A stretch of 64,000 bases of DNA. Origin: Tubulanus polymorphus. Taxonomy: Eukaryota; Animalia; Nemertea. The notes under the pieces were generated by a model. It saw nothing but the letters and a program-made list of their open reading frames with translations, did no database searches and was not told where the DNA came from. Where the stretch lies: the NCBI RefSeq assembly GCF_964204645.1, contig NC_134025.1, positions 30,546,299-30,610,298 on the forward strand, written 5' to 3'. Below are positions 16,501-31,292 of the stretch, one piece after another. Numbering within the stretch: position 1 is the stretch's first letter; each line of letters starts with the position of its first letter. The translations under genes were made by a program, and so were the position numbers.

Positions 16501-19500
16501 GCTTCCATTACAGACTCAAATGGTTTGTCTACAAAAAAGTGTTAAAATTCTAAGGATTATTTCCTGAATCTAATAGGTTGTAACTGACCTGACTTTTAGC
16601 TAAGAGATGAACCAGTGAATTCACTCTCGCCTGATGCCCTTGAGTAAGGAATTCCATTGTAGCTCGCACTATTTCAGCTGAGAATTGCGGTGGATTTGGT
16701 TCGGGTAAAATTATCCTAGAAATTTGAATCTACGATATAAACATTACTATTACAAGAAATACAGGATCAGCGATAAAGTGAAACTTACTGGACATTTATT
16801 GGTACATCTGTATCATCTACGTTTGGTTGTAAAGTCATCAATACATCAACAACTATTTCATCTATGTGGTTAGCAATAGAATTCTCAATCGCCTGAAATA
16901 CGAAGAGGCAGTTTTATGGCCAGAAAGCCAGAAAGAGTATTGAAGTCTTCCTGAAGGATAAGGCTGCATTTGAGGTAGATTTCAACTCAAGCGACCAGAA
17001 TTAGAAACCATCTTGAGCGTTGCATCCAAAGTGCTAACCTCATTGAAAGTAGGAGTTGAACTCAGACAAGGTTTGATTCTACTCTACTTAGGATAGGGAA
17101 CTCCAGAATTCTATTGATTTCTAGGATATTTACCTTTAAACCGACTATAGACTGAACTGCGCTGTACGCAGTTGAAGCGGATTCCACTGAACCCCAATCT
17201 GTTTTATAATCCAGTTTAAACTGATTCACCGCAAACCACGGTAAGATGTGAACGACAATTTTTGGAAGCCATTCGATCAGTAATTCATTGTCAGTTGTAT
17301 TCAAACAGTGAGCTATGTGTTTAATTGCTTCCATGTCCTCTTTCATCACTAGCGCAGGTACGACTACATGTTTATAAGCCCTATAATCATAGACATGCAC
17401 ATGTTACGTATAATCAATTGAATGGAGCACACGCTATATAAATATTGATTGTTACTTACATGTAGAATTCGACTTCTGAATTCTGGTTGAAAAGAACCCA
17501 CGGTATTTGAGTGATGTTGTATTTTGCATCGAGCCACTGTTGTAGTATAGACGCTAGGTGTTGTTTGAGGAATTGCTCCTGATCGTTGTAATCGAGTTCT
17601 TTCGCAATTTTCAGTAGAACCTGTTGTTGTATCAAAGATTTTAGTGAATAAAAAGTTGAATAGTTCAGTATGGTAACGAAATATGAAATACCTTTTTAAC
17701 AAGAATTGCATCAAATCCATTACAATGGATGATTTTCAGCAGATGAAATAAAGCCTTGTTTCGACATATGATACTGTTTTTAATGATCGAAGCTAAAGTC
17801 AACAAAACTGTGACTTTTGAATTCAGTATTTCGTCTTCTTTTACAGCATCAGATTCTTCCTAGAAATGCAAAGAGGGATTAATTCTGCCACTTTCAGAGT
17901 AAAATCGAACTCACAACTGTGAAACTTGGTTCACGGTTTGAGGAAAAAGATGATCAATTGTAAGTGTTTAACATACCTTAGAGAGAATTTCTTGAATTGA
18001 TTGTTGAACTGTTCTGAATATAAGTTCCTGTCGATTCCGTGGATGATGTATTGAGCTATGAACGCATGATCCCTTACCAGTTTTCGTAAACAACCTAAAA
18101 TTAGTTAAATTCACAAAACTACATTCATAAAAGGCTTAAATAAAACCAAAAAAAATGTCAGACCAATTGTAGATTTACATTGGAATCACTTCTGATGCTA
18201 CAAACACACAAACTTGATGGTAATTTTCCGGTAGAGCTTCCACTGTTTTCTTCCACAGTGGAATTGAAGCATCAGAAGCATGGCTGGTTCTGCAAGTCCA
18301 CTCCCCTTCTGGGTCGAGTTGAAGTAACATCGCCGTGCACCTCTGAATGAGTATTTTCAAAGACTCGCAGCAGTTTGTTGTTTTATGGATGTCTCTGTTA
18401 TAAATCAAACATTCATAAGCAATTCAAGAAATAAGTACAATAGAATCTGCCTCATATTATTGCATGCCTTGAACTAGATATCTAAAATTTGTGTTCTCCA
18501 ATTCAGACTACTCACTGTTATCATCGTCATTTGAGTCTACTGTAGAAGACATTGATTGATTCTATATTTTACCTCAGTAAATTGACCAGAAATATCGCTA
18601 AATCTTGAGCGGCTTTCAACGCGTTTTTATCCTCATCATCGCGAGGTTTATTGAGTTGAGGAATCACGAGCAGAAGAAGCTGCATCGATTCACAGCAGAC
18701 TGAGACATTGTGACGATTCTTTTTTAGAATAAGACGCATCGTTTCGAGAATGATTCCTAAATCGTCACCCGTCAAAACTGGGCAGCATTCTAGCAGACTA
18801 TTAGCTATACAGGAAAACTGAAAAATATGATTTTTGGGTTTGAATTCATGATTAATTTAAACATTCATGGCTAGACATCTGGGTTTCGCAGTTTAGTTTG
18901 ACCCTAGAATTGAAATTTTTTCATTCCCAATGCTTTAACTCTAGAATTGAATCTTAACCTACAACTATCCAGCCAGTTCCATAGTTTCAAGTTTGATTTA
19001 TCCCAGAGACAACTGAAGATCCGACTTACAAGTTGTAAATGGAAAGGATTGATACAATCAAATCTCTCGGTGTCCAACAGATCAAACAGTTTATCAATGA
19101 CGTCACTGGCAGCATTTGTGAAAATTTTTCCACCGACTAAACTGCTCCACATAACAACCAGCTGACATTTCTCAATACATTCCTTCTCAACTGAGTTTAA
19201 TCTCCTCACATCATACAAACCAAAACGTGCTGTAAAAGATTTTATGATGAAATGTTAGTAGTAGGGACTGCCATAGAACCTGCTATCAGACTCACATGCT
19301 TGATATTTTCTCATTCTCAGGGGTAAATCGGTTGTCTCGAAATCGGGATCAGGACCCAGTTTCCACAGTTCTCAGTTAAGTATAACTCTAGTGTTCAATT
19401 CAGTTCATAACAATGTTTAAGCTTAGAGTCAAATGTAAATTCACAACTGTGTAACTGGGTCCAGAACTGAGGAAATTTACAGATTTACGAACCATTTTCT

Positions 19501-22500
19501 GAAAATTTTTGAGAATTCAACCCAGCAGTTGGAGAAGAACTATCGCTTAGAAAATCATCAGGTTCAACATCGTGTCCTCCTCTAGCCTTCAAATCAAACC
19601 TATCATATTGAACTGGAGTTTTCTCATGATTTGATGCAACCTGAAATCATGAAAAGTATTTTTAATCGTTTGTCTTCAATCTGAATGAAGTGTTTTAAAG
19701 CGCAATCTCTGCTTACTTTGATCACCTGGCTGCAGAAACACTGCATTATCTGTTTATCTGTGAATGTCGCCAGTATTTTTGAGAGGAAATCTTTCTCCGG
19801 TTCTTTGAGTTGAGATTTGAAAGGAATCTCAAACAGTGACAGAATCTGAGACATCAGGAGACTATTTATTTGCGCGTCTTGTTTTTGATTCAGCAACGCC
19901 AACAGCTCTGAACAGAAACACTTCATCAGTGCCTGAAATAAACAATGAGGACTTAAATAGATATTAATTTCCATTGAGAAATTGAGTCCAGAATGACGAT
20001 AATATTCTACCTTTAGCACATCAAAATATCCTGACTGAGAAATCTCTTGAATCGTGAAAATTCCATTTTTCAAGAAACAACTTATCAGATGAAACAGAAA
20101 TTCTGTATGTTTCAAAACTTCAACTAACGTCTGAAATAGATGAGCGATTCATATAGAAATAGTCAGAGAACACACAGAAATTTACTGAAGTTTAAATCAA
20201 TACCTGTGGATTTTTCTTGAACTTTTCATTCAGAATCAATCGCGCATTTTTCAAAACACGCTCTTCCAGTTTCCGTTCCAACAAATTTATACATCTCTGT
20301 CTCATAGCAACAGTGTTCGACGACTTTGTTTCGTTTGTTGTTAGTTCACGATTCCGTTCAACACTTGTTGTCGCGAAGCTGCATTTTTGAAATAGAATTT
20401 CCATCGTAGCAATTTCTTGCAGAGAACTCGAATCAGACGCGTTTGACTGATCACATTCTGATACTTGCTGTAAATTGGATGAATCTCTCAGTAAAAGAGA
20501 TATCACTGTATTAGCTAGAAGTCTCAGAGGAATGGAATCCGTATGAAATACTGGAACGGAAATCATTTCATTTTCTTCAAAATCGTCTTCATCTTCGTCA
20601 AAATTGAGAAGCGGAATTAGATATTCTAGAAGCTTGTGTCGAATTGAGTAACGCTCTGAGGATCCAGGAGTTTGACAAGAGGTGATGATACTGAATTTAT
20701 GAATCAACGAGTTGATATATTCTAAAGATTGATGAGTTAAGTTCGTGCTGTGTTTGAACGTCATCCAGAACTCGGTTTTTGCGGCGGAAATGAGTTTATG
20801 TTTGATTATACTATTCAAAACGATGAAACAATTATCAGGAGCGTGTTGAACACTGATCAACCTGTGAAAATAACAAAAATATCATCTCAACAAATATTAC
20901 TTATCATCTCATACGAACGAAAATAAAGATCCATATTATTACCTCAATAAAACATCAGAAAGTCTCATCCACATTTCTTGCACTTTTTTCTCTGGTAAAG
21001 TGTCATGTTGCATATCAGGCCATTTATTAGCAACAACTTCGGCAAATTTCAAATACCATTCCGTCAGATTTGCCCTGAAATAAACATACATTTACCATCA
21101 CTCAAAGAGTCATCACAAATCTTGCTTCAATCATGTGTATCCGTAGAGGGCTCTTTACCTTTTTCCTTGGTTCAACAGGGAATGTAAAATTGACAAAAGT
21201 TTTTCTATAACATCTGTGGGAAGATCTGCCGGATATTTCTGACAAATTTGAATCCATATTTGCACCCTATAATAATGAGAGGAGATGCTGAGAAATAAGA
21301 CTGGTAAGACATCTTAAGGCAAAAAGACATTCTATCATGCTCGAATTATCAGGCAAAGCACTTATAAAATTAACAAATTGTTCATTAACAGATGATTTCA
21401 GCGGCATTCTATATAATGCTGGCAGCCAGAATACTATAGATACATTTATGAGAAAAGTGCTTATAGCTCATGACACAAACCATGGAATGATATGAATGCG
21501 TTGAGCGTGTTTATCCAGTAGAGTTAACAACACTTCCCATCCCGTCTCTAATCTACGCTTCTTTGCGCCAGGTACCGGGAATTCTTCGGATTGAAATAAC
21601 TGAGTGACTTCTAAAACTCCACTTTCATCCGTAAACAACTGGAAATAATAAACAATTAATAACAAAATCCACTTTAATTAGATCTGAGTCTGCATCTGCA
21701 AGAAACACAAACCTGATGACAAACATTAGCGATCAATTCAATGTGAGCTGCTTTCAGAACTGTCACTTTTTGTCTGAAATAATCACAGGAAACATTAAAC
21801 AATTGAATCCAGATCTCATGAAACTGGGCCCAGCACTAAACCACAGATTAATGTCACAAGACTCACACATACCCGGTAAATTTGGTTTTTTTAAGGTCTG
21901 TGTAGAGGGCATCATAGAGTTTATACAAATGACTCTTTAAAAAAAACAATTAAAACATTATCAAAGATTTTTACAGATTTTACAATAGGTGATATGATTC
22001 TATATCAGTGAATATGATGAATACCTTCCAGAGTTTAGTATCACCGCAGTAAGAACCATCTTCTTCAGTTACTGCCCCGCATGGATGATGAGCTGCCATT
22101 TGTATGCACCAAAACTCAGTCAATAATTCCTATCAAATTGTAAAATGAACTAGCATTTATTTTCATCCCACTGAGGGCATTATCAGCAGGTTTGGGGGTT
22201 TCTTTTCTCTCTCAACCCACTGAGCACCACTCAGGGCGTTATCAGCAGGTTTGAGGTTACTCTTCACTAATGCCCCTTTACAGTGTAAATTCTTTGTAGC
22301 CCTGATGATTTTACCTTCATTGATTCAGTAGGTCTCATAGACCATATATACAGAGTAGTATGATGCACAGCTTCACCCAAATGACACAGTTGTATCCGCT
22401 GTGAATGTCCTACACTCAAACAAAATCTCTTCAACGCATTCAATAAATTCTCAATCAAAAACACACTTTTTTCTTCCCTGAAATTATGAAAACATAAAAC

Positions 22501-23888
22501 TTGAGTTCGTTTTGATGTAAATCAGAATATCCTTCAGGTTAAGTTTTCAAGTTTGACAATAGAGTTAGATTTAGTTCATTTCGATGTTTTTAATTCAAGA
22601 GTAAAATATCTGAGAACTGTAGAACTAGTTCCTGAAGTTTAATCTCATTATGCAGTTTAATACCTGAATGTGATGTCTTCAAAAACACGCTTGAAGTTTT
22701 TGAATAATTCCTGGGATGGTAAAGAGATCTGTGTCTGAGCTTGTTGAATGATCATTGAAATGATTTGAGCGATATGACCGCGATTCAACTCTGTTGGTTT
22801 CAATAACATCGACCAGTATGTTTGAAATAGACCTGTCAGTTATAGAATGAAAATACAAGTATTTGCAAAATTCAAATTTAAAATTCAACGTCTTTTAGAA
22901 ATTTCAAGTTTAACTTACTCATCCATGTTGTAGGTTTCAGATCAGTAATGTATCGATTTACGTTGAGAATGTTTTGAAACAATAGATTATTGTAAACATT
23001 TCCTAACAGAGCTGATATTGATCCACCATTCAGAATTGTTATAATATGTTGAACTACATCTTGACCATTCAGATTCGGTCCTCCTGAAAAATGTAGTCAA
23101 TATTCACTCATTTGGGATGTGAGAAGCCTATTAAAGGTCTACAGCCACATTTGCCTATTCATACATAAGGCCACATATACAACGTCAAATCATAATGTCT
23201 GCATATAAATATCTATAAAATAAATATTGTCAAACTCTTAGAGTTAGATTCAATTCAGAAATGATAAACCAGAATTTCAAGCAAATCTTTGACTTCTTTT
23301 CTATTTCTATGATGCTATGACCCATTATTTATCGCATGATTGATTTCTGTAAGGGACCAGTTTTTTCATAGTCCTTGGTAAAAATTAGTGAAATGTATTT
23401 AGGACAATCTTACTGGCATCCGCAGTTCGAATTGTTAGTTTCATTAAGCTACCCATCACTGCTATTTTCTTTTCCTTCGTGTTTTCAGAAGTTTTCGACT
23501 TCTGAATGATTTCAATTTCTCGATTGACAGCATTTCTGATTCCCTACAGAAATAAAACAAATACTCAAAAAAGAATACATCATCAAATTTTCGTTAGAAA
23601 AATTATGATTATTTTCACCTTGAAAACAGTTTCCCAGGTAATTGAAGTTCTATCATCTCTTCCTCGTTTTGAATTCCTATCTAAACTTTCTTGGATGCAT
23701 TTCTTTTCTAGCAATATTTCAAGTCGTTTGATGTTTTTCTGAAAATCAGAAAATGAGGCGATTTATAAGTATGCTTCAGTGAATTTGAAGACCGATGGAG
23801 AAAGGTTGATACTAACATCTCTTTGAGTTGATTTATCAGATTCAGTTCCTTTGAGACAGGTCAACACTTCACTCAAATCTGCAGACAT
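7588..23888 (-). CDS. ATM: Serine-protein kinase ATM (PIKK family: TAN, HEAT, FAT, kinase and FATC domains), many short exons
   Basis: Begins [14 protein letters not shown]. Contains [81 protein letters not shown] and the FATC end [28 protein letters not shown]. The exon chain reads in frame. Confidence 0.97.
14403..14477. mobile_element. Palindromic MITE family copy (ATM intron)
   Basis: ACCCAATTCAC...CTGTGGAACTGGGT with AAATGAACTGATTT core. Confidence 0.6.
19352..19462. mobile_element. Palindromic MITE family copy (ATM intron)
   Basis: GGACCCAGTTTCCACAGTT...AACTGTGTAACTGGGTCC. Confidence 0.75.
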
Positions 23889-24699
23889 CACTTATCATTT
23901 AATTATTTCTGAAATTTTTATTGAGAAGATTTGTAGAGGAGCTGTGTTTACCAGATGTTGAGTAAATAAAACAAGAGGGGATAATACTTTATAGGTAAAC
24001 TAGTCAGTTTGCTGTATGAACTTTTCTACCAGTGTACATCAATTATTCCATCAGGTTATTGATTGGAATGTACTTTTTATCTTGAAAATCTAATCAACTA
24101 ATTTGAATCTATGCTGAACAAGAAGACTTTAATACTCTATATATAACTCAATATGCTGCCTTATTGCACCGGTGTTTGATTAGCAGTTCAGATCGGTTAC
24201 ACCCTCACTTGTGGCAAATTTTCTAACCAGTATTGGTACCAACAATCATTAACACAATTTTAGTCTAATTCATTAGGGTTGTCATTAGTTCATGCAAGAC
24301 TTATCAGTCTCCTCTAGACTAGAGGTACCGAACCCTATCTAAATCTACCCTTACACCAGACCAAAAGATAGAATCTATTTCTATTGATTGTGTTTTGCAA
24401 AACTCTGATGCGTAACACTCAAACTAATTCTTTATCATCAGGATGATCACCTTTTTACAAATAAATACAAATCAGATAGCTTTTGAATAAGTTTGATAAT
24501 GTCCCTCGGTCGGTTTGTTTCGATATTTAGTACGACTTGCTGATCAAGCCGGGTTCAAAGAAACTTGGTTTTACGGGATTTATCGCTATCAATTCTTTGT
24601 TTTCATTGTTTATTTTCAATCAAAACGAATGGGACTTTCATTCAGTGGCGATGAAAGTACGCGACATTCGTTGGGAAGAGTGAAAATGGACTTAATTCG

Positions 24700-25090
24700 C
24701 GAAGTTTAAGTCATTTTCATTTCCCAGATATTCGCCGCGGTTCAACGACCTTGAAAATTACACTGACGCAATTGTCAAAGCTTAAACATTTTGATGAATA
24801 GTCGATGATTATTTTAATCATCATCTTTCATAAATCTATATCAATTCTATTTGTTGATCAGTGTAGCACTCAATAGAATAGATATATTATTTAAATTCAT
24901 AGATATTTATGGTCAATTTCCATCCAAATTGTCAAAATTCCACCTCCCGCATTTCAGCTTCGAGTTTGTGGACGACCGAAAACTCGCTTCCGCATGTAAT
25001 ATATTGCATGTGTAGAAATTTATAATTTCCCAAAATTTATCAATTTATCCGCGTTCTCAGTGTGTAAAATCGCGAACAGCGACATTTAAA
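24700..25090. promoter_or_regulatory. Probable bidirectional promoter region shared by ATM and ZC3H15
   Basis: Divergent ATGs at 23888 (-) and 25091 (+), with CpG-containing patches between them. Transcription start sites cannot be determined from sequence. Confidence 0.45.
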
Positions 25091-28000
25091 ATGCCTCCGA
25101 AACCTAAAGCATCAAAACCCGGGAAAAAAGTTGAGGAAAAGAAGAAGGAGAAAGTTATCGAGGTATTATTCATTGATCAACTCCCATCATACCGACCAAA
25201 TCCAATCAAATTCAATAATATTACTGAGTCTAGACAATATTTTAGATTTTTAGTCCATATGAATTAGTTGAGTATAGTTTGTAAAAGAAATCCTGCAGAG
25301 TCGTTAGCTGCAAATCATGATATATGTGTATGTACAAACAGTTGTGATTTAATAAGTCATTTGTGCAAGTGACTTCAGTGAGAACTGAAGAGGACTTCAT
25401 TCGGTCAAGTAAAGTTAGATTGAGATTTTTCCCAACTTAAGACCGGTACCTAATGATGATGATAATCTAAGATGGACGATGTTTGAGTTGAAATTTTACA
25501 GATTGGAGCGGGTTAGCCCGTAGGATTTGCTGCTATCCAGAATGACTCCATTCGCGTGACTAGTCCAGCCCTTGACAGGACCGGCCAGACGCCCTCGACT
25601 AGTGTGCGAATTACCTAGTTATCTCCGCAATGTTAAATTTCTTTTTAGGATAAAACATTCGGTTTGAAAAATAAGAAAGGAACGAAACAGCAAAAATTTA
25701 TCAAAACTGTGACGCATCAAGTAAAATTTGGAAATCAAGCTTCGAAAAAGGTATCGATTGATCGGGAATTTGAATTCATTATTAATCATTAACTGGCTAG
25801 TGCTATGCCTGACTGTAAACTTGTTATATTTCGCAGGTTGCTGACCTTCAAAATGAGAAATTCAAGAAGAAAGATGATAAGAAGAAAGAGCAGGAAGAAA
25901 TGAATACTTTATTCAAACCGGTACAAATGGTTCAAAAAGGTACGAACTAAACCTTGAAAAGGGACAGACTGAGCCTACCTTCAAAAAGGCGCAAGCTAAC
26001 CTTTTCTTAAAAAATGTTTAATTTCAGGTGCCGATCCGAAGAGTATTATCTGCGCATTTTTCAAACAAGGTCAGTGTAAGAAAGGAGATAAATGTAAATT
26101 CTCTCATGATATGGCCGTCGAACGGAAAGCACCGAAGAGAAATGTTTACGCTGACGATGAGAAAAACGGTAAGAAATATTGATTAATTCTACAAAGAGTT
26201 TAATAATCTGAATCGTGATGATCGTGATCGATTTATTCCTCTCTCTTAATGACTCCTATCTTTTAGTTGATTCTATGGATAATTGGGACGAAGAACAACT
26301 TAACGAAGTCATCAATAAAAAGCACGGTGAAAAGAATAAAGCAATGCCGGCCACTACAATTGTAAGTAGTTTAAACTGTTTGAGTGAGGACTTTTAAATC
26401 TAGAGTCAAATCCTGACTGTGTAGTGTAACAGGTATTGTATGATGTTATCTGTTTGTTTTTCAGATCTGTAAATATTTCCTGGATGCCGTTGAGAACAGT
26501 AAATACGGCTGGTTTTGGAGTTGTCCGAATGGTGAAAGTTGTCACTATAAACATGCTCTTCCACCGGGATTCGTTTTGAAGAAAGATATGAAGAAAGAGG
26601 ACAAATCTGAACAGATTTCAATAGAGGAGCTCATTGAGAGAGAGGTCAGTGACTGGCTAATCTATTTATAGAAACCCTGCTACATGTCTTAGTAACTTTT
26701 AGTTTCAGTTTCTAAATAAACTGGTAGCTTTGTTGTTATGTCACCAGATCTTGTGGGTTGAGAGGCATTTTAAGTGACGTTTAGATGTGAAAGAGGAGAG
26801 AGAGGGTGGTGAAGGTGTAATTCTAGGACTAATAGGTCTAAAAATGGAAAGTTTAGAATGAATTTCAGTTAAGTTTATTTTGAATCTACTTTTAGCGAGC
26901 GGCTTTAGGAGGCGACACGACTAAAATAACTTTGGAAAGTTTCCTGAAATGGAAAGAAAGAAAGGTAGATCATTATAAATTCATGGACCGATCGTAAAAT
27001 TCTGTTTGAATTCTTCTAAAGATTTCGTTCTTTGTTTTTGCAGAGAAAAGAAAAGGTTGCGGCGAGAAATAAAGATAAGGAGAAGAAAAAGAGTGATTTT
27101 AAACAAGGAAGATGTTTAGGAGTAAGTGAAAATACACCTGAGCTTCACAGATCAATTGTATTCACACCGCTAATGAATGAACAATGTTTTGTTTTTGTAT
27201 ACAGATCAGCGGTCGTGAAATGTTTGAATTTAATCCTGATTTGATCACGGGTGACGATGATGAAGCTGATGAAGGAACGATTGAAAGAGAACCAGAAGAA
27301 GATCAGGTCTGTATCCGCTGTGTCCGTTGCGTCTCCGTCTGTCCATCACAATAATCTATTCAGAAACTCTTTGAAAAACGTCTCTCTTGTGCCCAGATTT
27401 ACGAAAAAGTCGAACAAATTTCTAGATTGATTGCTATATGGTTGTTTAATGTTTTGGATGAGGAAATGATTCAAACTTAACCTTATGTCCATATTTTTCA
27501 AATAAATCTCTTAAGATGGATAACGGTATTCTACCCGATTTTCATAGTTTAATCTTTAAGTCCTTCATTTTGACTGTTCGTCCGTCTGTTGTGTCTGTTA
27601 CAGTTATATTCTCATGAACTCATTGATTAATTGTGTATGAGGTGTTTATGAAGTTTTTTCGTGCTATTGTTTTTTGCAGGAAACTGAAGAAGGCGATGAT
27701 GTAGTTATAAGAGAAATCAATATTGATGACCTGTCTCGACTAGTTACAGAAAACGATAATTCTGCCGGAACTCAGAGAAATAAACGAAAAAATAACGACG
27801 GTATTTATCAGTTAAAACAACTCTCAACTATACATGACTCAAGAATTTTAAGAAATTAATTCAAATTTCATATCAACAAATAATTGGATATTTGAAGAAA
27901 ATCAACCTTCGGATCCCACCAATGAAGATTATTGAGTGTAATTGAATTGGAAGAAAGACTTTGAATTGAAATTAGTTTATTTCATATTTTCGTTCACAAT

Positions 28001-28262
28001 TTGAATTGAACTGATTTTAACATTGTATCTCAAACTAACGCGATGTTAATATATTATTTGTTAATTTGTAGATGAATTAGGTAAATTAGACGAGGCTGCT
28101 GCTATATCAAACGGCGGAACATCAGAAGCAGCGATACAGGCCGCGCTATCAGCGACGGTGAACGGTGACGTACTAGCAGGAGATATTCCTATAGACGAGA
28201 ATCTGTTCGAAGATTTAGACGCACTCGAGGATGATTTAGATACTTTAGATTTGGACGATTGA
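25091..28262 (+). CDS. ZC3H15: Zinc finger CCCH domain-containing protein 15 (DFRP1/LEREPO4)
   Basis: MPPKPKASK...[12 protein letters not shown]...[28 protein letters not shown]...[23 protein letters not shown]...[15 protein letters not shown]...[13 protein letters not shown], with acidic tail [22 protein letters not shown]. Confidence 0.96.
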
Positions 28263-31200
28263 TATCTTCGCTAAGTTTTTGATTAAAACAAACATTGGGA
28301 ATATGTGATAAATATTCAGCAAATGAGGAATCTACGCAACTGATTGTGTTTCGATATTAATGAAATTCATTTCATGCATTATTTTTTTGCTCTTGGCTCA
28401 TAATAAAACATAGTTCAGTCAAACTCTGTAAAATCATCACCATTTGGTTCCTGAAGTCATCTCTATCATTGAGTCTCAATTGTTTCCAATTCAGTTTACT
28501 AAATGTAATTCGTCATTTGGATTTAGTCGTCAACATAATGATCAACGTAACTATGGTGACTTTGACGAGTTTGGCTGTATTTTGAATACAGTAGACTCCG
28601 TGCTTAATTCAGATCGTAATGAATCCAGTTTATAAGGAATCTGGATTAAACATCGTATTTTACATACCGGGTTTATTCGTGTACGAATGGACCGTAAATA
28701 TCCGGGTTTACAACATCTATATTTGGAATAAAGTGGGTTTGAATGTGTAATGAATTTAATGACATAATCAAACACTCTTATATTGAATATGAAATAATGT
28801 ATAATTATTGCTGATAATGAAAACTGGGAAGATATTATGTTTTCATTGCTCTTGTGTTCCTTCATCAGTAGCATTTTCTCATTATGAAAGCGCTTTAATG
28901 ATATTCAGACTACCCCCCTGTGGTGAGATGAAAAAAAAACAGGCTTTTATTTTTTTTCTATATTGTTCCTGGGGCTGGTTTCGTAAACTTCTTCTACTGA
29001 TCGGCAACCGTTTAAAATCCGTAGCCTCTGAGCTCTGGTAACATCGCTGATAAACAAGTTGAATTATATCCTTGTGATTAATTTAAATCTTAGCGAGGCT
29101 TTCAGGCACCAGTCCCTGGTCTTTGTCCTATCTATCCAGTCTAGACCTATGTAGTGATACCTAGGTTTATTCGAATCATTTGTGTACGTTGAATTAATTT
29201 GTGCTAATGGTTGGTTGATTATGTTAAATTTCACTTGGAATTCAAAAATGTGAAATGAATAATAAATAATGGAGTTATTGAAAAAGCGTATTATTGTCAA
29301 ATGATTTTGCATTTTTTTAGAGTTGATATTCAATCTGTTAGTTTTATGAAACGAAATGAGTTGATAATCATTTAGCTCCAGAGAAGTCGACTAACAAACA
29401 GTTTAGGGAGGACGGTGCTTCATTTAGCTTTGGCCACATATCTTTTGAGTCCCAGGTGGCTGCAGCGGAAATCATTACAGAGGATTATCGCTTGCTCGAG
29501 GCTCTTAAGATATACTAATTAACGTCGTAAATTAATTAAACTAATTATCATTTAAACAACGTGAACTGGTATAGTGTTTGAACTGGGATTCAGATCGTTT
29601 AGTCACGCTTATTCGCATGCACCAGCTCACTGCACGCTATTAAAGTCAGGCCACCTTCCTGTTTTGAGAGACCTTGGAGTAATCAGACTGATTACTCCAA
29701 GGAGAGACAAAGCCTCACCCAACCCCTCCCCCACTGCCATACCGGTAATTGAATATCCGATATTCTTGTTGTACTTTGCTAATGATATGCTAGAGGTTAA
29801 TGAAATTATAGGTATCATATTGGTATGGGGTATTTATACGCGACGGTTAGCTAATTCATTATTAATTGATTAATGGCCATTGAAAACGTTAGTTTTTTCT
29901 GTCAGTTTTGTTGACAGTGGCCAACACCCTTTATATGATGACGACCTAAGCAACAAATCGTAATTTTCAATCACCGATATTATTGATGATAAATCCATGC
30001 GATCAATATGATTTGGGTCGATGTTTGAAATAATCTCGAAAATCAAGGCCAAGCAAGGCCCAGATTCACTTTTGAGACTGAATTAATGAAGGATTTAATC
30101 AACGTTTTGGGTAGGCTAAGCCCATGAATGTACCATACCAGCTGTGCTTATCTTAAGGGGTAATATCCTAGGCTTTTAGAACATCAGCTAGACATACACT
30201 AGACTTTCAAGGCGACTCATCAGTCACTCTACCGATGACATCGTGGGGAGTTTTTTTTCGTGGGGACTCTTTTTACATGTATTGAATTCTAATATTTCTA
30301 ATTTCAACGTGTGATAACATTACCGATTAGGTTTTATATGCACACGTATGAATCCCCTGGTAGAGACTAATCTGATTAAATGATTTTAAGCTCATCTGTA
30401 TACAACTCATTTCATCTCATAAACAAGATACGCATAAATTTCATAATCTATATAAGGAAGCATTGATGGGTAGGCCTATATTCTATGTAGCTCCCAGGTA
30501 GTAAGATTAGAGGATCCAGGGTAACTGTGAGACCTTGGAGTACTCCAAGGTGATACTGAAGCTAAGAGGGTGTGAGGCAACGCGTTAATGATAAATCATC
30601 AGCGCTAGCCGCAGCTGACAGACGACGAGTGTAGATGACAGCAAGCGATTATTGAGACCAAAGAGATAATCTCACGAGCATCAGAACAAAAGCTGATTAA
30701 AACACGGAGGAAAGAGTAGATGTTACTAATAATAGTGATGATAACAGGGTGTCTGATATAGCGCGAGCTACAAGAAGCGTTCATGGCCGTTTTGTCAAGG
30801 CACGTTTCGGAGACTTGGGGGCCTACGGCATTCAAACCTACTGTGTTATGACCGCTGCGAGGGACAAACATTCAGGTGTGGCGTGACCAGGCAGTCAGTC
30901 ACTGGCTATTCACCAACAATATCCTCAGAGCCAGGACCTAGAAACAAAATGTCAACGGCCCATATAAAGCTGACTCGGGCTGATCCAGGGTTTTTCACAG
31001 GGCATATTATGATAGATAATTCTATTAAAAATGAATGGGTCTCAAATTCCTTCGAAGATAGTACAAAAGGGCAACATTAATATACATTTTATCTATTAAC
31101 TTTTATTTTCATATATATTCATATTCTATGGAAAATCAATGAACGATCGCTTTGAATCAATGGTTTATCAGCGCATTCAACACGTATGATATATACATAT

Positions 31201-31292
31201 ATACATTAGTTATCAATGATAAGTATTGAATTTACATGAGAATGAAGTACATAGAAATGTCAGTTTCACACGCGTTGAGATTCAATCAGCAT

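Noticed and set aside
25568-25597. Resemblance to U6atac (CCCTTGACA..GGA..GCCCTCG)
   Set aside because: The AAGGAGA box and Pol III terminator are absent.
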